IMG/VR virus record: IMGVR_UViG_3300002461_000457
Coordinates: 1 to 44,287 of that record
DNA from: a virus
Length of the DNA stretch: 44,287 nt
Direction: 5' to 3' (one strand)
Under the pieces are notes generated by a model. The model searched no databases and had not been told where the DNA came from. It saw only the letters and a list, made by a program, of their open reading frames with translations. Numbering within the stretch: position 1 is the stretch's first letter; each line of letters begins with the position of its first letter. Below, in pieces: positions 33,567 to 42,616 of this stretch. Both the position numbers and the translations under genes were made by a program.

Positions 33567-34820
33567 CTACCGGCCAGTGTGTCCCAGCCCCAGGCTGATC
33601 GCCTCCAACATCGACTTCGGAAGCGGCCCGCCGGGCCTGTTACCACTGCGAGGTCGCAGTGTCTGGTCACCCGCCGGTCGGCTGCCAGAGGCGTCGCCTT
33701 GGGACGTGGGCACGGTGATCATGTCGTATGCATCCTTGAGCACCGTGGGCCACATCTTTGCCGGGTAGCGGGACCAGAGCCCCTGCAACTTGGGGCCGAG
33801 TATAGCGGACTTAGTGGAAAACGCTTTGTCGCTGGCCGCCATTTGCCGGGTCCAGGTTTCGATCTCGGCGAGCGCAGCCTCCTGCTCCTGCTGCGAAGCC
33901 TCGACGCCACGGCTGGACTCTTCCGCTGCCCGCCTCTGAGCCTCGACTCGAGCCTTGACCTGCCGAGCCTGCGCGACCTCGAGGGCCGCCGCACGAGTCA
34001 TGTCACCGTCGTCGACCATCTGAGCGAGGTCCTGATGCTCCGCGATCGGGTCGTACCCCGGAGCCTCCTTGCCCATCAGCTTGAGCAGCTGCGTGCGGTA
34101 TCCCTCCACCATCTCGAGGGCCGCGGCGTGGTTGCCGCTCTTGAGCATGTGGTTGAAGTTGAGGTAGCCGGCGAGCTCTTCGTCGGTCGTCTGCGTCTCC
34201 TGCAGCACACTGACGATCGCGTCCCGCGCCTGTGACAGCTGGGTGTTGACGGTGCTGAGTTCATCGACGCGGGACTCGACCGCCTTGGCATGCCGGTGTA
34301 GCTCGTGGAAGCGGCCGATCGCCTTGGGCGTCAGGTTGCGCTTCTCCTCGGCCGTCAGCTGGAAGTCGTCGGCCTTTGCGGGCTTCTTCCCCTCCTCGCC
34401 TTCCGCTCCAGTCTTTGCGCCTCCTTGATCAGCCGCAGCCTTTCCTGCGAGTTCATCAGCCGGAGCCTTTCCCTTGTCACCTCCTGTAGCGACCGGCTTA
34501 TCTGCCCCTCCCTTGCCGGGAGCTCCATCACTATCGGCTGCGGCAGCAAGTCCTTCCGCGATGGCATCTCGCATGCCTTCGACTGAGTCGGCGGGCTTCT
34601 TTCCATCACTGCCATCACCAGTGTTAGCACGACCGTCAGCATCGCCAGAACTACCAGAGCGATCGCCTGAGTCGGCCGCATCTCGCTCACCTCCGCTGCC
34701 GCCACCAGCATCACTATCGTCGAGCTCACCATCGCTGCCATTACCAACACCCGAGCCCTGGTCATCCCCGTCTCCCTCGATCGGCTTTCGAACGTAGAAC
34801 TTCATCCACCACGGATTCAT
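33567..34820 (-). CDS. scaffolding protein (417 aa)
   Basis: Lies between portal and capsid, with ATGA overlap to the portal stop. The N-terminal ~150 aa are Asp/Gly/Ser-rich and likely disordered, followed by a long helical/coiled-coil region. Confidence 0.7.
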   Translation of the reverse strand: MNPWWMKFYVRKPIEGDGDDQGSGVGNGSDGELDDSDAGGGSGGERDAADSGDRSGSSGDADGRANTGDGSDGKKPADSVEGMRDAIAEGLAAAADSDGAPGKGGADKPVATGGDKGKAPADELAGKAAADQGGAKTGAEGEEGKKPAKADDFQLTAEEKRNLTPKAIGRFHELHRHAKAVESRVDELSTVNTQLSQARDAIVSVLQETQTTDEELAGYLNFNHMLKSGNHAAALEMVEGYRTQLLKLMGKEAPGYDPIAEHQDLAQMVDDGDMTRAAALEVAQARQVKARVEAQRRAAEESSRGVEASQQEQEAALAEIETWTRQMAASDKAFSTKSAILGPKLQGLWSRYPAKMWPTVLKDAYDMITVPTSQGDASGSRPAGDQTLRPRSGNRPGGPLPKSMLEAISLGLGHTGR

Positions 34821-37120
34821 TCACTGCCCCCTGTTTCTGCGCTCTCGGGTTGCTTCCGCCCGCCGGCACTGAGCGCAGCCTTGCCGGACATGACGTTCTG
34901 GATTGCCACTGACGCGCCATCGATGAGCTCGCCCATGGCCCCAGCCACACCGTGCGTCCCGGGAACCACCCCGAGCCGCGATATCAGATCGACGGCCGCC
35001 TTCATCTGGGCCTCCTGCATCCTGATGTTGGCCTCCTGCTCGGCAGCTGCCTGCTTGGCCTGGATATCGGCGATCTTGGCCTGCTCCTGCCGCTGGGCCT
35101 TCTGCAGTTCCTCCTGACACGCCTGAAGCTCTTCCTGCAGCTGCATCGCTTGCTGCTGCAGCTGCATGACCTGCTGCTGCATCTGGGCTGCCTGGGCGCC
35201 GTCCTCGCCGCCTTCCTGGCCGGCGTCTCGAGGAATGAACCGGTCGACGTCGATCCGCTCGTCGAAGCGGCGCAGGGTTTCCTTGACGAGCTCGATCACG
35301 GCGTTGGCCATGTCCATCTGGCCGGCGGCGCGAAGCTCAGACACCTGCGCCATGCCTTCCTTCAGGACCGGCATGACCGTCGCCCAGTCCTCGCGCTCCT
35401 TCGCCTGATTCGGCTTGCCACTCGAGCCGGCACGCACCTTTACCCGGATCTTGTGCCAGATCTCAGGGCCGGCGCCCTCGGGCCACATTGCGCCCTCGCC
35501 GACGATCTCCTTGACCTCGGCCTCGGTGAACTTCTGCAGCATGATCTGCAGGGCCGCCTCAGCCATCTCCGACACGAGGTCCTCGATCGTGTCCTGGCGT
35601 TCGCTCTGCCGGTTGGCAAGCGACTGCGCCATGATCTGAGCCTCGGTGGCCGTCTTGGCCTGGATCAGGTTCGCTCGAGACGCGTCCGACAGGCCGACCA
35701 TCATGTCCATGTCGTTGCGGATCAGGGTGACGTCGTACGCGTTGGGATCGATCGCGATCCCTTCCAGCTGCATGATGTCCTGGTTGATCGGGTTCTGCGG
35801 GTTGCCGCCGACACCGTACCAACGCCGGGCCTTGCGGGCAGCGAGCGCCTCAATGTCCTCGTCCTCGAGCTCGCCCCCCTTGCGGTAGATGCGAACCGGG
35901 ATGGCCTCCTTGCGGGCCTCTGCGTACAGGTAGCGGGTGTGGTTGTACTCGTCCTGCAGCGCCTGCAGTAGCTCCACGTCGGAGATCGGGCGCCACCGCC
36001 CATTCACGAGGTTGAAGCCCAGGCAGAACATCGAGTGCCAGCGCTTCGACATGGCCGACGGCGTCATGGGCGGCCGGACGTACGCATTGGCGCCCTCGCA
36101 GAGCGTGTAGATGCGACCGTCATCGAGCGACCAGACCTCCCAGACGCACCGGTAGCACTCCTGGTCGCCGCCACCGTGCGGCTTGACCGTGCGAGACACC
36201 TCGCCAGTCTCGGACTCGTTGCCCGAGTACACCGCGGCCGAGTAGGCCTTCGCGCCTTCGAACGGCTTGCGCCCGTACCGTGCGAGGTACTCGGTGTCGG
36301 ACATGTACACGCGCATGGCCAGAGCGCTGGCAGAGGAGTAGTCATCGAAGTCCGCGACCCCCTCGTCGAGGATCAGTGCGTCCTCGGTGCGACAGGTGTC
36401 GAGGACGAAGCCCTTGTAGAGGGTGATCTCCTCGGAGGCGAGCACCGCCTGCTCCTGCTGCTTCAGCTGGGCGCGAAGGGCCTCCTGCTCTTCCTTGTCG
36501 GTCGAGTTCTCCAGCTTGCTGGCAGTAGCCTCGATGCGAGCGATGTTGTCCTGAATGTCGTTGATCCGGCGAACCATCATCGGGTCGCCGCGGTACGACT
36601 CCTGCCAGCCCAGCTTGAGCCAGCCCACGCTCGTGGTCATGGTCGAGCGGATCGACGCCTTCATGCGCTGCTTGAGCCGAGTCTCGTCGACGAAGCACCG
36701 GTTGAGCATTGCCTGCGCCGTCTCGCAGAACGACTTCACCTGCTCGTACTCGCCGTCGCCGACCGACTCCATCGGGGTGACTGCGATCTCGGGGTTGCGA
36801 GCGTAGATATGCGGGAGCAGGGTGGCCTGCGTGGCGAACACGAGGTTGGTGCGGACGAGCCCCATGCCGTTCTCGAATATGCCGGCCTCGTCGACGTCGG
36901 AAGCGTTGGCGACCTTGATGCCGTAGGTGATCTGCCGCAGCTTGGGGAGGACCTTGGTGTCGAAGTCCTTGCGTGCGGTCAGTGCGCGATCGATGCGTTG
37001 AAGCATCTGCTTCGCATGAGACTTCTCGTCCGGGTCGACGCCTTGGATGCTCTCGTAGACCGGATCCTCCTGCTGGGGAGGGGAAGCTCCGCGTGCCGCC
37101 TTCTTCGCTGCTTTTGCCAT
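34817..37120 (-). CDS. portal protein (767 aa)
   Basis: Size and position upstream of scaffold and capsid. A Gln-rich C-terminal coiled coil (AQMQQQVMQLQQQAMQLQEELQ) is reminiscent of the P22 portal barrel. Confidence 0.75.
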   Translation of the reverse strand: MAKAAKKAARGASPPQQEDPVYESIQGVDPDEKSHAKQMLQRIDRALTARKDFDTKVLPKLRQITYGIKVANASDVDEAGIFENGMGLVRTNLVFATQATLLPHIYARNPEIAVTPMESVGDGEYEQVKSFCETAQAMLNRCFVDETRLKQRMKASIRSTMTTSVGWLKLGWQESYRGDPMMVRRINDIQDNIARIEATASKLENSTDKEEQEALRAQLKQQEQAVLASEEITLYKGFVLDTCRTEDALILDEGVADFDDYSSASALAMRVYMSDTEYLARYGRKPFEGAKAYSAAVYSGNESETGEVSRTVKPHGGGDQECYRCVWEVWSLDDGRIYTLCEGANAYVRPPMTPSAMSKRWHSMFCLGFNLVNGRWRPISDVELLQALQDEYNHTRYLYAEARKEAIPVRIYRKGGELEDEDIEALAARKARRWYGVGGNPQNPINQDIMQLEGIAIDPNAYDVTLIRNDMDMMVGLSDASRANLIQAKTATEAQIMAQSLANRQSERQDTIEDLVSEMAEAALQIMLQKFTEAEVKEIVGEGAMWPEGAGPEIWHKIRVKVRAGSSGKPNQAKEREDWATVMPVLKEGMAQVSELRAAGQMDMANAVIELVKETLRRFDERIDVDRFIPRDAGQEGGEDGAQAAQMQQQVMQLQQQAMQLQEELQACQEELQKAQRQEQAKIADIQAKQAAAEQEANIRMQEAQMKAAVDLISRLGVVPGTHGVAGAMGELIDGASVAIQNVMSGKAALSAGGRKQPESAETGGSE

Positions 37121-37185
37121 CTTGGGCTACCTCGTGACTCTGGGCTGGCACTGCCCTGCGCACGTCGCCGCCCGGGATGTTGGGA

Positions 37186-37512
37186 TCAGACTGCTAGGGC
37201 CTTGTGCTGGTCCTCGGGGATGATGATTGCCTTGCCGTCTGGCAAGTTGCGATTCCACCCGACCATGACACCCTGCACGTATGCCACGCACATGTCGTCC
37301 TTGTTCTGGTCCGACATTGCCACCGGCGCGATCGAGGCGCCCATCGTGTCCTGATTGAGCGACCTGCGATCACGGTACGACAGCACGATAGCCTTGGGCT
37401 TGCTTCCGTACCGGGTGACGTAGTCCATGATCAGGTTCGACACCCCGTCCAGGGTGAGGCGCACGCTTAACGTCTCTTGCAGCGCCGCCTTGTGCAGGGT
37501 GTCGAGTGCCAT
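37186..37512 (-). CDS. hypothetical protein (108 aa)
   Basis: Codon-biased ORF immediately upstream of the portal gene. Confidence 0.6.
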   Translation of the reverse strand: MALDTLHKAALQETLSVRLTLDGVSNLIMDYVTRYGSKPKAIVLSYRDRRSLNQDTMGASIAPVAMSDQNKDDMCVAYVQGVMVGWNRNLPDGKAIIIPEDQHKALAV

Positions 37513-37518
37513 GGGCTG

Positions 37519-38106
37519 TTAGGCCTCGAGAACGGCCATACCCGTGCCGGACGTGAAGGCCGAGCAGCGGCCGACCATGTACCGACCGAGGCTGACCTCG
37601 ACCTTGATGGATCCGCCACCTGCCGCACCGAACGCCGGGATGGCGATTTCGCCCGAGAGCAGAGCGTCCGCAAAGCCTGCGGTCGCGACACCGGACGAGT
37701 TGGTGTAGTAGTGCTGCGTGGCGTCGATCGAGTCTGCCTTTTCGAACACGATCGTGCCCTGGAAGACGGCCGCGCCGCCCAGGTCCATGGCCGTCGCAGC
37801 CGCAGAGTGGCCGGGCAGGAACGGAGTCCGGTCGCAGACGATCGAGACGGTCGCGGTGCCACCGAATGCGCCGTTACCGACAGAGCCGTCGAGGGTGGCT
37901 GCAGATGCGCCGACTGCTCGGAGCGTCCACTCGCCGTTCATTGCCGTAAGCGTAGTCACGCCGGCAATGGCGATGCGGGAGCCGTTGCGCTGGCGGTGGC
38001 CTGCGGTAACGGTTGCGACGATTGGGGTGGCGTTGGTTCCGCCGGTGATCAGGACGCCACGAGCGGCAGATGCGAACGAGCCCAGCGATAGGACTTTGAC
38101 TGACAT
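37519..38106 (-). CDS. hypothetical Gly/Ala/Thr-rich beta-type protein (195 aa)
   Basis: GGAG lies 8 nt upstream. It follows a 135-nt gap. Confidence 0.6.
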   Translation of the reverse strand: MSVKVLSLGSFASAARGVLITGGTNATPIVATVTAGHRQRNGSRIAIAGVTTLTAMNGEWTLRAVGASAATLDGSVGNGAFGGTATVSIVCDRTPFLPGHSAAATAMDLGGAAVFQGTIVFEKADSIDATQHYYTNSSGVATAGFADALLSGEIAIPAFGAAGGGSIKVEVSLGRYMVGRCSAFTSGTGMAVLEA

Positions 38107-38241
38107 GGTAGTGCTCCATCGGGGAGATAGGCCCCCTGCCCGCAGAAAGACGGCGATTCTGCTGCGCCCTCGAGCTAGTACTCGTCTCGAGTCGAGCGTC
38201 CCTGTGGGCGCAATGATAGCCCCGGTAGTGCGAAAGGCTTC

Positions 38242-38535
38242 TCAAACCGGGAACATGTACCGGGCGAGCTCCGGGTCGCCGGGCGAAACCGGGGCGAGGT
38301 ATATGCGAAACAGCTGCTCGGAGGTGTAGCCGGGGACGTGAGCCAGATCCTCTGGGCATGGCCCTGGGTGCGGGTCGATCGCCACGACACGCGCCGGAGT
38401 CTTCGGCAGCCGGCAGCCGTGCTCCCCCTGGATCTGAATGATCTCCCCAACCGTCAGCCGGTTCGCCCACTTCTGCGTGCGGACCGTGACGAACGGCAGG
38501 CACACGGGGTCACGGCTGAAGCCCATCACTCGCAT
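38242..38535 (-). CDS. hypothetical protein, possibly ASCH/PUA-like (94-97 aa)
   Basis: The start is either 38535 or 38526 (TGATG overlap). The pattern VTVRTQKWANRLTVGEIIQI...RVVAIDP...GYTSEQLFRIY is weakly ASCH-like. Confidence 0.5.
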   Translation of the reverse strand: MRVMGFSRDPVCLPFVTVRTQKWANRLTVGEIIQIQGEHGCRLPKTPARVVAIDPHPGPCPEDLAHVPGYTSEQLFRIYLAPVSPGDPELARYMFPV

Positions 38536-38792
38536 GCCGGGATCTCCCAGTATCCGACGCTAGGCAATGGCGCGACCTTTGGCCGTGGGTGCCTGCGGTC
38601 GTCGACGCAAAACATGTGGAAAAAGCTCGGCCCCTTGCTTGGGAACGCATCCTCGAGCCGATCGAGCAGCAGGTCGATGCGACACTTCTGCCGGTAGGTG
38701 AACGGGTTCTTCTTCCCGCCTATGTCGTGGATCCTCCCGTACAGGGGCTGGCCACCTAGCCACGAGTTCTCGTCTTGATCCCTTACCCACAT
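38526..38792 (-). CDS. hypothetical protein (88 aa)
   Basis: Internal ATG 38792 of track ORF 38526..38831. Confidence 0.5.
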   Translation of the reverse strand: MWVRDQDENSWLGGQPLYGRIHDIGGKKNPFTYRQKCRIDLLLDRLEDAFPSKGPSFFHMFCVDDRRHPRPKVAPLPSVGYWEIPACE

Positions 38793-38986
38793 GGTGATGG
38801 GTCCATGGGCTCGTCGGCATGGGCTCCCCACCAGTCGATCGGAGATCGGTCGATGGCCTTGAACGTCTTCGTCTTCACGAGATTGACGACGTACACGTCC
38901 CCGTTAATCGACACCATGTCCCCGTCATCCGGCCCGCCCTTTGACGCCGTGAACTGAGCCGCTACCGCCAGTCTGTCTCGTCCCAT
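38783..38986 (-). CDS. hypothetical small protein (67 aa)
   Basis: This is the C-terminal part of the chimeric track ORF 38783..39634. ATG 38986 lies 6 nt after GGGGAAG and overlaps the HNH 3' end by 25 nt. Confidence 0.4.
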   Translation of the reverse strand: MGRDRLAVAAQFTASKGGPDDGDMVSINGDVYVVNLVKTKTFKAIDRSPIDWWGAHADEPMDPSPCG

Positions 38987-39357
38987 GCCAGCTTCCCCAG
39001 GTTGCAGTCCGCGCACAGGACCTGCAGGTTGCCTGGGTCGAGTGCGAGGTGAGGATACCGGCTTCTGGGCCTTACGTGGTCGACATGCAGGGGCGCCGTT
39101 AGCGTAGGCCTCGAGCCGCAGCACTGACACCTCCCACTCGAGCGGAGCAGGGCCTCGTATCGGGCGACCCTCCATGCGGCACTCGTGTAGAAGCCCCGCG
39201 ACGAGGGCGCGTGATCTTTCGCAGTCCAGCCCCCCTCGCTCGTGGAAGACCGGCACGTCATGCCCGAGGCTCCCCACGTCCCGGACGTCAGCCTTCGCGG
39301 CCGCGAGCCGAAGAGCAGATCGACCGCTAGCCGGCGCATGTCGGACAGGAAGCTCAA
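38962..39357 (-). CDS. HNH endonuclease (start uncertain: TTG 39357 or ATG 39339)
   Basis: Contains FYTSAAWRVARYEALLRSSGRCQCCGS...LHVDHVRPRSRYPHLALDPGNLQVLCADCNLGK, the canonical HNH core with flanking Cys pairs. Confidence 0.85.
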   Translation of the reverse strand: MSFLSDMRRLAVDLLFGSRPRRLTSGTWGASGMTCRSSTSEGGWTAKDHAPSSRGFYTSAAWRVARYEALLRSSGRCQCCGSRPTLTAPLHVDHVRPRSRYPHLALDPGNLQVLCADCNLGKLAWDETDWR

Positions 39358-39400
39358 GCGGATCGAAGCCCATGGGAGAACGTCGCTGAAGTTTAATCCT

Positions 39401-39499
39401 CGCGATGCGCAGCTTCGACACCGGGTCCCAATTTCTGCGCAGGTAGTAGTCGAGGCCCATGCGACCGGCCCTCGAGATCTCAGCTGCAGTGAACGGCAT
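39401..39499 (-). pseudogene. divergent copy of the 5' end (about 25-33 codons) of the major capsid gene, with its own RBS and ATG
   Basis: The copy reads MPFTAAEISRAGRMGLDYYLRRN, against the capsid N-terminus MPFTSQEITDAGKIGLDYYLRNN (33474 downwards). Roughly two-thirds nucleotide identity by eye. Coding bias fades after ~33 codons. Confidence 0.6.
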
Positions 39500-39662
39500 C
39501 GCTACTCCCCTCCGGGTTGAGCTCGTATCGTCGATAGTCGGCCGCCCATTGCGCGACCTCGAGGAAGTCCGACCTGGGCTTCGTTGCTGCCCAGGCATCG
39601 AACTTGGCGAGTTGCTCGGCATTCGCAACGGCAAGCGAGTCGAGCATTTCGTTGAGCGTCAC
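39480..39662 (-). CDS. hypothetical small protein (60 aa, GTG start)
   Basis: TGGAGG lies 7 nt upstream. The frame shows codon bias. Confidence 0.55.
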   Translation of the reverse strand: MTLNEMLDSLAVANAEQLAKFDAWAATKPRSDFLEVAQWAADYRRYELNPEGSSDAVHCS

Positions 39663-39663
39663 C

Positions 39664-40197
39664 CTAGTACCTCCAGGGCTCGCCGCCCAGCTTGTGGCGC
39701 ATCAGAGCATCGAGGTACGGGTGGACGTAGGGGTTGTGATCCCCGTCGCCGGCCTTGCGCCCGAACACCTCAGACACCGGCGTGATCAGACGCTTGTCGA
39801 GATCCGACTGCCGTAGCCAATCGAGGGCGAACTCGATCGTGGACTCGAGCCCCTCGCGGGCCAGCTTCAGCGCCCCCTCGAATGTCTTCGACCGGACCAC
39901 GATGCAGTTGCCGGCGAACAGAGCGCCGTTGACGAGCGTCAGCCCCACGTAGCCGCGTATCGAGAACATCCACAGGCCGAACCGATGCAGGTGCTTCTCG
40001 AGGTGGACGCCGCGGTCCTTGAGCTCGACGAGCTCGTCCATCGTGAGGTTCTTGCGGGTGAGCGCGAGCTCGGCCTCGGCCTTGTTGACCTCCTGCTGCG
40101 CCTCCTGCGCCTCGGGCGTCAGTGGACGGACATCCTCCTCCGCGCCAGTTCCTGCCTCTCCGTCGAGTCCATCTTGTCCAACCAGTCCATCGTCCAT
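39664..40197 (-). CDS. hypothetical protein (up to 177 aa; true start uncertain)
   Basis: ATG 40197 would overlap terL by 79 nt. Coding bias in this frame begins exactly at the terL stop (CTGA junction near 40118-40121). The next ATG is at 40041. Confidence 0.55.
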   Translation of the reverse strand: MDDGLVGQDGLDGEAGTGAEEDVRPLTPEAQEAQQEVNKAEAELALTRKNLTMDELVELKDRGVHLEKHLHRFGLWMFSIRGYVGLTLVNGALFAGNCIVVRSKTFEGALKLAREGLESTIEFALDWLRQSDLDKRLITPVSEVFGRKAGDGDHNPYVHPYLDALMRHKLGGEPWRY

Positions 40198-41678
40198 GCC
40201 TTGGGTCCTTTCGGTTTGCGTGCCTTGCGGATTGTCTTCGCCCGCGGCCGGCTCATGCAGGCGTAGCGGATCTCGTCGACCGGGTGATCTTCCTGGTCGG
40301 TGTCGATATCTTCGACCTTCAGGTCGTCATGCTGCACCGCCTGGAATACGCGGATCGCATGGTAGCAGTTGTCCATGAGGAACAGCGACGCGCTGGCAGG
40401 ATCGTCCGGGTCCTCTCTCAGACGCTGGCGTATCTGGTCCCAGCCCGGCTCGCGACGCTTGTCGGCCTTGCGCATCTGCAGCTTGCGCCCCTTGTATGCC
40501 ACCTTCATGGCGCGTTCGGCGAGTGACGGCCCGCCGTCCTCGGCCCACATTTGGGTGTCCGCCACGACGTACTCGACCTTCTCGTCATCCGGCGTGCGCT
40601 TGAGCACTCCGCTGGCCCAGGCCCCCACGTGCAGCTTGATGCCCACGTCCTGCTGGTCGGGCTGCATGCCGTACCACTCTCGATAGCGCACGATGCCACC
40701 TCGAGGCACGACGATGCGGTTGCCCAGCGTTCCCTCGGACGTCCAGTCCTCGTCCGCGACCGCATACCATCCGACGCTGAACGGCTTGCGCGAGCCCCAG
40801 TCGACGCCGACGAAGCGCTTGCTGAAGATCTCCTTCGGCAGCGTCTTGGCCTTCAGCACGTGGTTCTCGAGGCTGAACTCGGGGAAGAATCCGCCGGCCA
40901 GGATGTTCCAGTCGCCCAACTCCATGGCTTTGACTAAGGCGGGATCGCCCAGGCCGCGCATGCGGTTGACGTAGGTCGGGTCTGCTTCGATGCCTCGCGG
41001 GTTGTCGATCAGCCTTGCCGGCACGTACTGGCGCACCATGCCGCCCTCGATCTGCGTGGTGCGGCGCGGCTGGGTGGCGAACGGTTGCTCGATGAAGGTC
41101 CGCTTGACCCAGTGGTGGCCGATGTTGCCCGGGTTGGTTCCGCACAGGATGCGGGGGAAAAGGTTGTGCTCGAGCTTGGTCCCGTCGGGCATGACGTGCC
41201 CGGCACGGTAGTGCGCCGGCAGGTCGACGTTCACCATCCGCACCCGGAACCGCAGGTAGCGGTAGATCGACTCGGTGAACGTGGTGAGCTCGTCAATCAT
41301 CAGGACGTGGATCTCGGAGCCGTGGTACTTGTACTTGTGCTCCTCGTCCTTGCAATGACACAGGAATATGCGGCTGCCGTTGGTGAAGCGGATCTCGCCT
41401 TGCAGCACCTTCGCCCACGGCTTGTCCGAGAGCAGGTTGCGGAACCCGGTCGGGCCCTCGACGTGGTTCTTCACGAGGTCGTCCTCGACGCGGCGGAAGA
41501 GGTACACCTGCAGGCCTGGGATCTCGATGCACCACGAGATGGCCGCCTGCCGCATGAGGTGAGACTTGCCCCCGAAGGCGGCGCCCCCGTACAGGATCTC
41601 GGTGGCCGTCGACCGGTAGCAGTACAGCTGCTTCGGCTGCAGGTTCGCCTTGAACTGGGGAGGGCCGTCGAATGGCAT
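40119..41678 (-). CDS. terL: terminase large subunit
   Basis: Walker A YGGAAFGGKS and Walker B IHVLMIDELT. It lies directly after the small subunit. Confidence 0.9.
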   Translation of the reverse strand: MPFDGPPQFKANLQPKQLYCYRSTATEILYGGAAFGGKSHLMRQAAISWCIEIPGLQVYLFRRVEDDLVKNHVEGPTGFRNLLSDKPWAKVLQGEIRFTNGSRIFLCHCKDEEHKYKYHGSEIHVLMIDELTTFTESIYRYLRFRVRMVNVDLPAHYRAGHVMPDGTKLEHNLFPRILCGTNPGNIGHHWVKRTFIEQPFATQPRRTTQIEGGMVRQYVPARLIDNPRGIEADPTYVNRMRGLGDPALVKAMELGDWNILAGGFFPEFSLENHVLKAKTLPKEIFSKRFVGVDWGSRKPFSVGWYAVADEDWTSEGTLGNRIVVPRGGIVRYREWYGMQPDQQDVGIKLHVGAWASGVLKRTPDDEKVEYVVADTQMWAEDGGPSLAERAMKVAYKGRKLQMRKADKRREPGWDQIRQRLREDPDDPASASLFLMDNCYHAIRVFQAVQHDDLKVEDIDTDQEDHPVDEIRYACMSRPRAKTIRKARKPKGPKAWTMDWLDKMDSTERQELARRRMSVH

Positions 41679-41681
41679 GGG

Positions 41682-42308
41682 TCAGTCCTTCGGGTCCTCG
41701 AGGCCCTGCTCCTCGAGTGAGATCACCCGGAAGCTCTGGTCCAGGGGAACGCCTTGCACGTTGATGATCACGGTGGCCGGCATCTGGCCGATGCCTGCAG
41801 CGCCTGGGGCGCCGTTGCCGTGGTCGTTCTCGGGTCGCAGCCGGTCGATCACGGCGTCAGCCGCGGCCTTCTTCGATTCGAACTCGAGCTCGACGAGGCC
41901 GCCGGTGTCCTTGTCGAACTTGATCTTGCGGATCGCGCCGGCCTGCTCGAATGTCAGGGCTTTGATGCCGACGAAGCTGCCCTGGTCGGTGAACACCTCG
42001 CGGCGATCGAACTCGAGAATGTCGTCATACGTCCGCATGGCCTTCTCGAGCAGGTTCGGGAACTGCGTCGGGAGCTCGGCACGCATGAGCTCGAGATGCT
42101 TCTGCACGTGCGGCCGCTGCAGGAACTGGTAGGCCCGCACCCGCGGGTTGCTGCCGTTGTCCTTGATGCCCATGCGACGCGCCGCCTCTGTGCCGTTGAA
42201 CCGGCAGGCGATGTAGTGCTCGAGGAACGTGCGCTCGAGCACCGAGAGCGGCTTGAGCGGCTTCTCCTCGCTGACGGTCGCCACCGCCTTGCCGTTGCCC
42301 TTGGCCAT
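41682..42308 (-). CDS. terS: terminase small subunit (Terminase_2-like)
   Basis: Internal ATG 42308 (TGATG overlap). The N-terminal motif is LSVLERTFLEHYIACRFNGTEAARRMGIK. Confidence 0.8.
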   Translation of the reverse strand: MAKGNGKAVATVSEEKPLKPLSVLERTFLEHYIACRFNGTEAARRMGIKDNGSNPRVRAYQFLQRPHVQKHLELMRAELPTQFPNLLEKAMRTYDDILEFDRREVFTDQGSFVGIKALTFEQAGAIRKIKFDKDTGGLVELEFESKKAAADAVIDRLRPENDHGNGAPGAAGIGQMPATVIINVQGVPLDQSFRVISLEEQGLEDPKD

Positions 42309-42571
42309 CAGCTGAGTCGCTGCCCTGGCAAGGGCTCTGCTGCGTTGAGCTCGAATGCCCGCATCACGTCCTTGTGCCCCAGCTGGGCGAGCTCGAATAC
42401 CTCGCACGGCTTGCCGATGTAGCGGTACTGGCAACGGTCGCCGTGAGCGCTGAAGATCACGATCGTGTCCGCGCCCAGCTGCTTCACGTCCTCGAGGGCC
42501 TTCACGATCTCAGCCTTGATCTTTGCCTCGGTGTCTTCCTGGTCCTGCCCTGGTTCGACTATCAACGCCAT
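42308..42571 (-). CDS. hypothetical protein (87 aa)
   Basis: ATG 42571 lies 5 nt after AGGAGG. It is the first gene after the terminator-like hairpin. Confidence 0.6.
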   Translation of the reverse strand: MALIVEPGQDQEDTEAKIKAEIVKALEDVKQLGADTIVIFSAHGDRCQYRYIGKPCEVFELAQLGHKDVMRAFELNAAEPLPGQRLS

Positions 42572-42590
42572 GTTTGCCTCCTGGTGGAAA

Positions 42591-42616
42591 CGGCCCGGGA
42601 TTCCCGTCCCGGGCCG
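42591..42616 (-). terminator. 10-bp GC stem-loop followed by UUUCC at the early/late boundary
   Basis: On the minus strand: CGGCCCGGGA-cgggaa-TCCCGGGCCG-tttcc. It sits between the stop at 42641 and the RBS of the 42571 gene. Confidence 0.45.

Noticed and set aside
34355-34765. Same-strand alternative-frame ORF inside the scaffold gene (136 aa, good RBS AGGGAG, two apparent TM helices, high G-ending codon fraction); considered as an overprinted membrane-protein gene
   Set aside because: The G-ending bias follows trivially from the scaffold frame being Asp/Gly/Ala/Glu-rich, since all those codons start with G. The hydrophobic peptide is implausibly Met-rich (8 Met in 55 residues, arising from GAT-G.. 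codon pairs). Its C-terminal half looks like typical off-frame Arg/Ser/Pro sequence. One oddity remains: the scaffold N-terminal ~150 codons prefer GAT/GGT/GCT over the genome-typical GAC/GGC/GCC. Ribo-seq would be needed to revive the idea.
38783-39634. 283-aa track ORF spanning the HNH region
   Set aside because: It is a chimeric open frame. Only its codons about 46-78 (the capsid-like fragment) and its last 67 codons show coding character. The middle runs through the HNH gene in the wrong frame.
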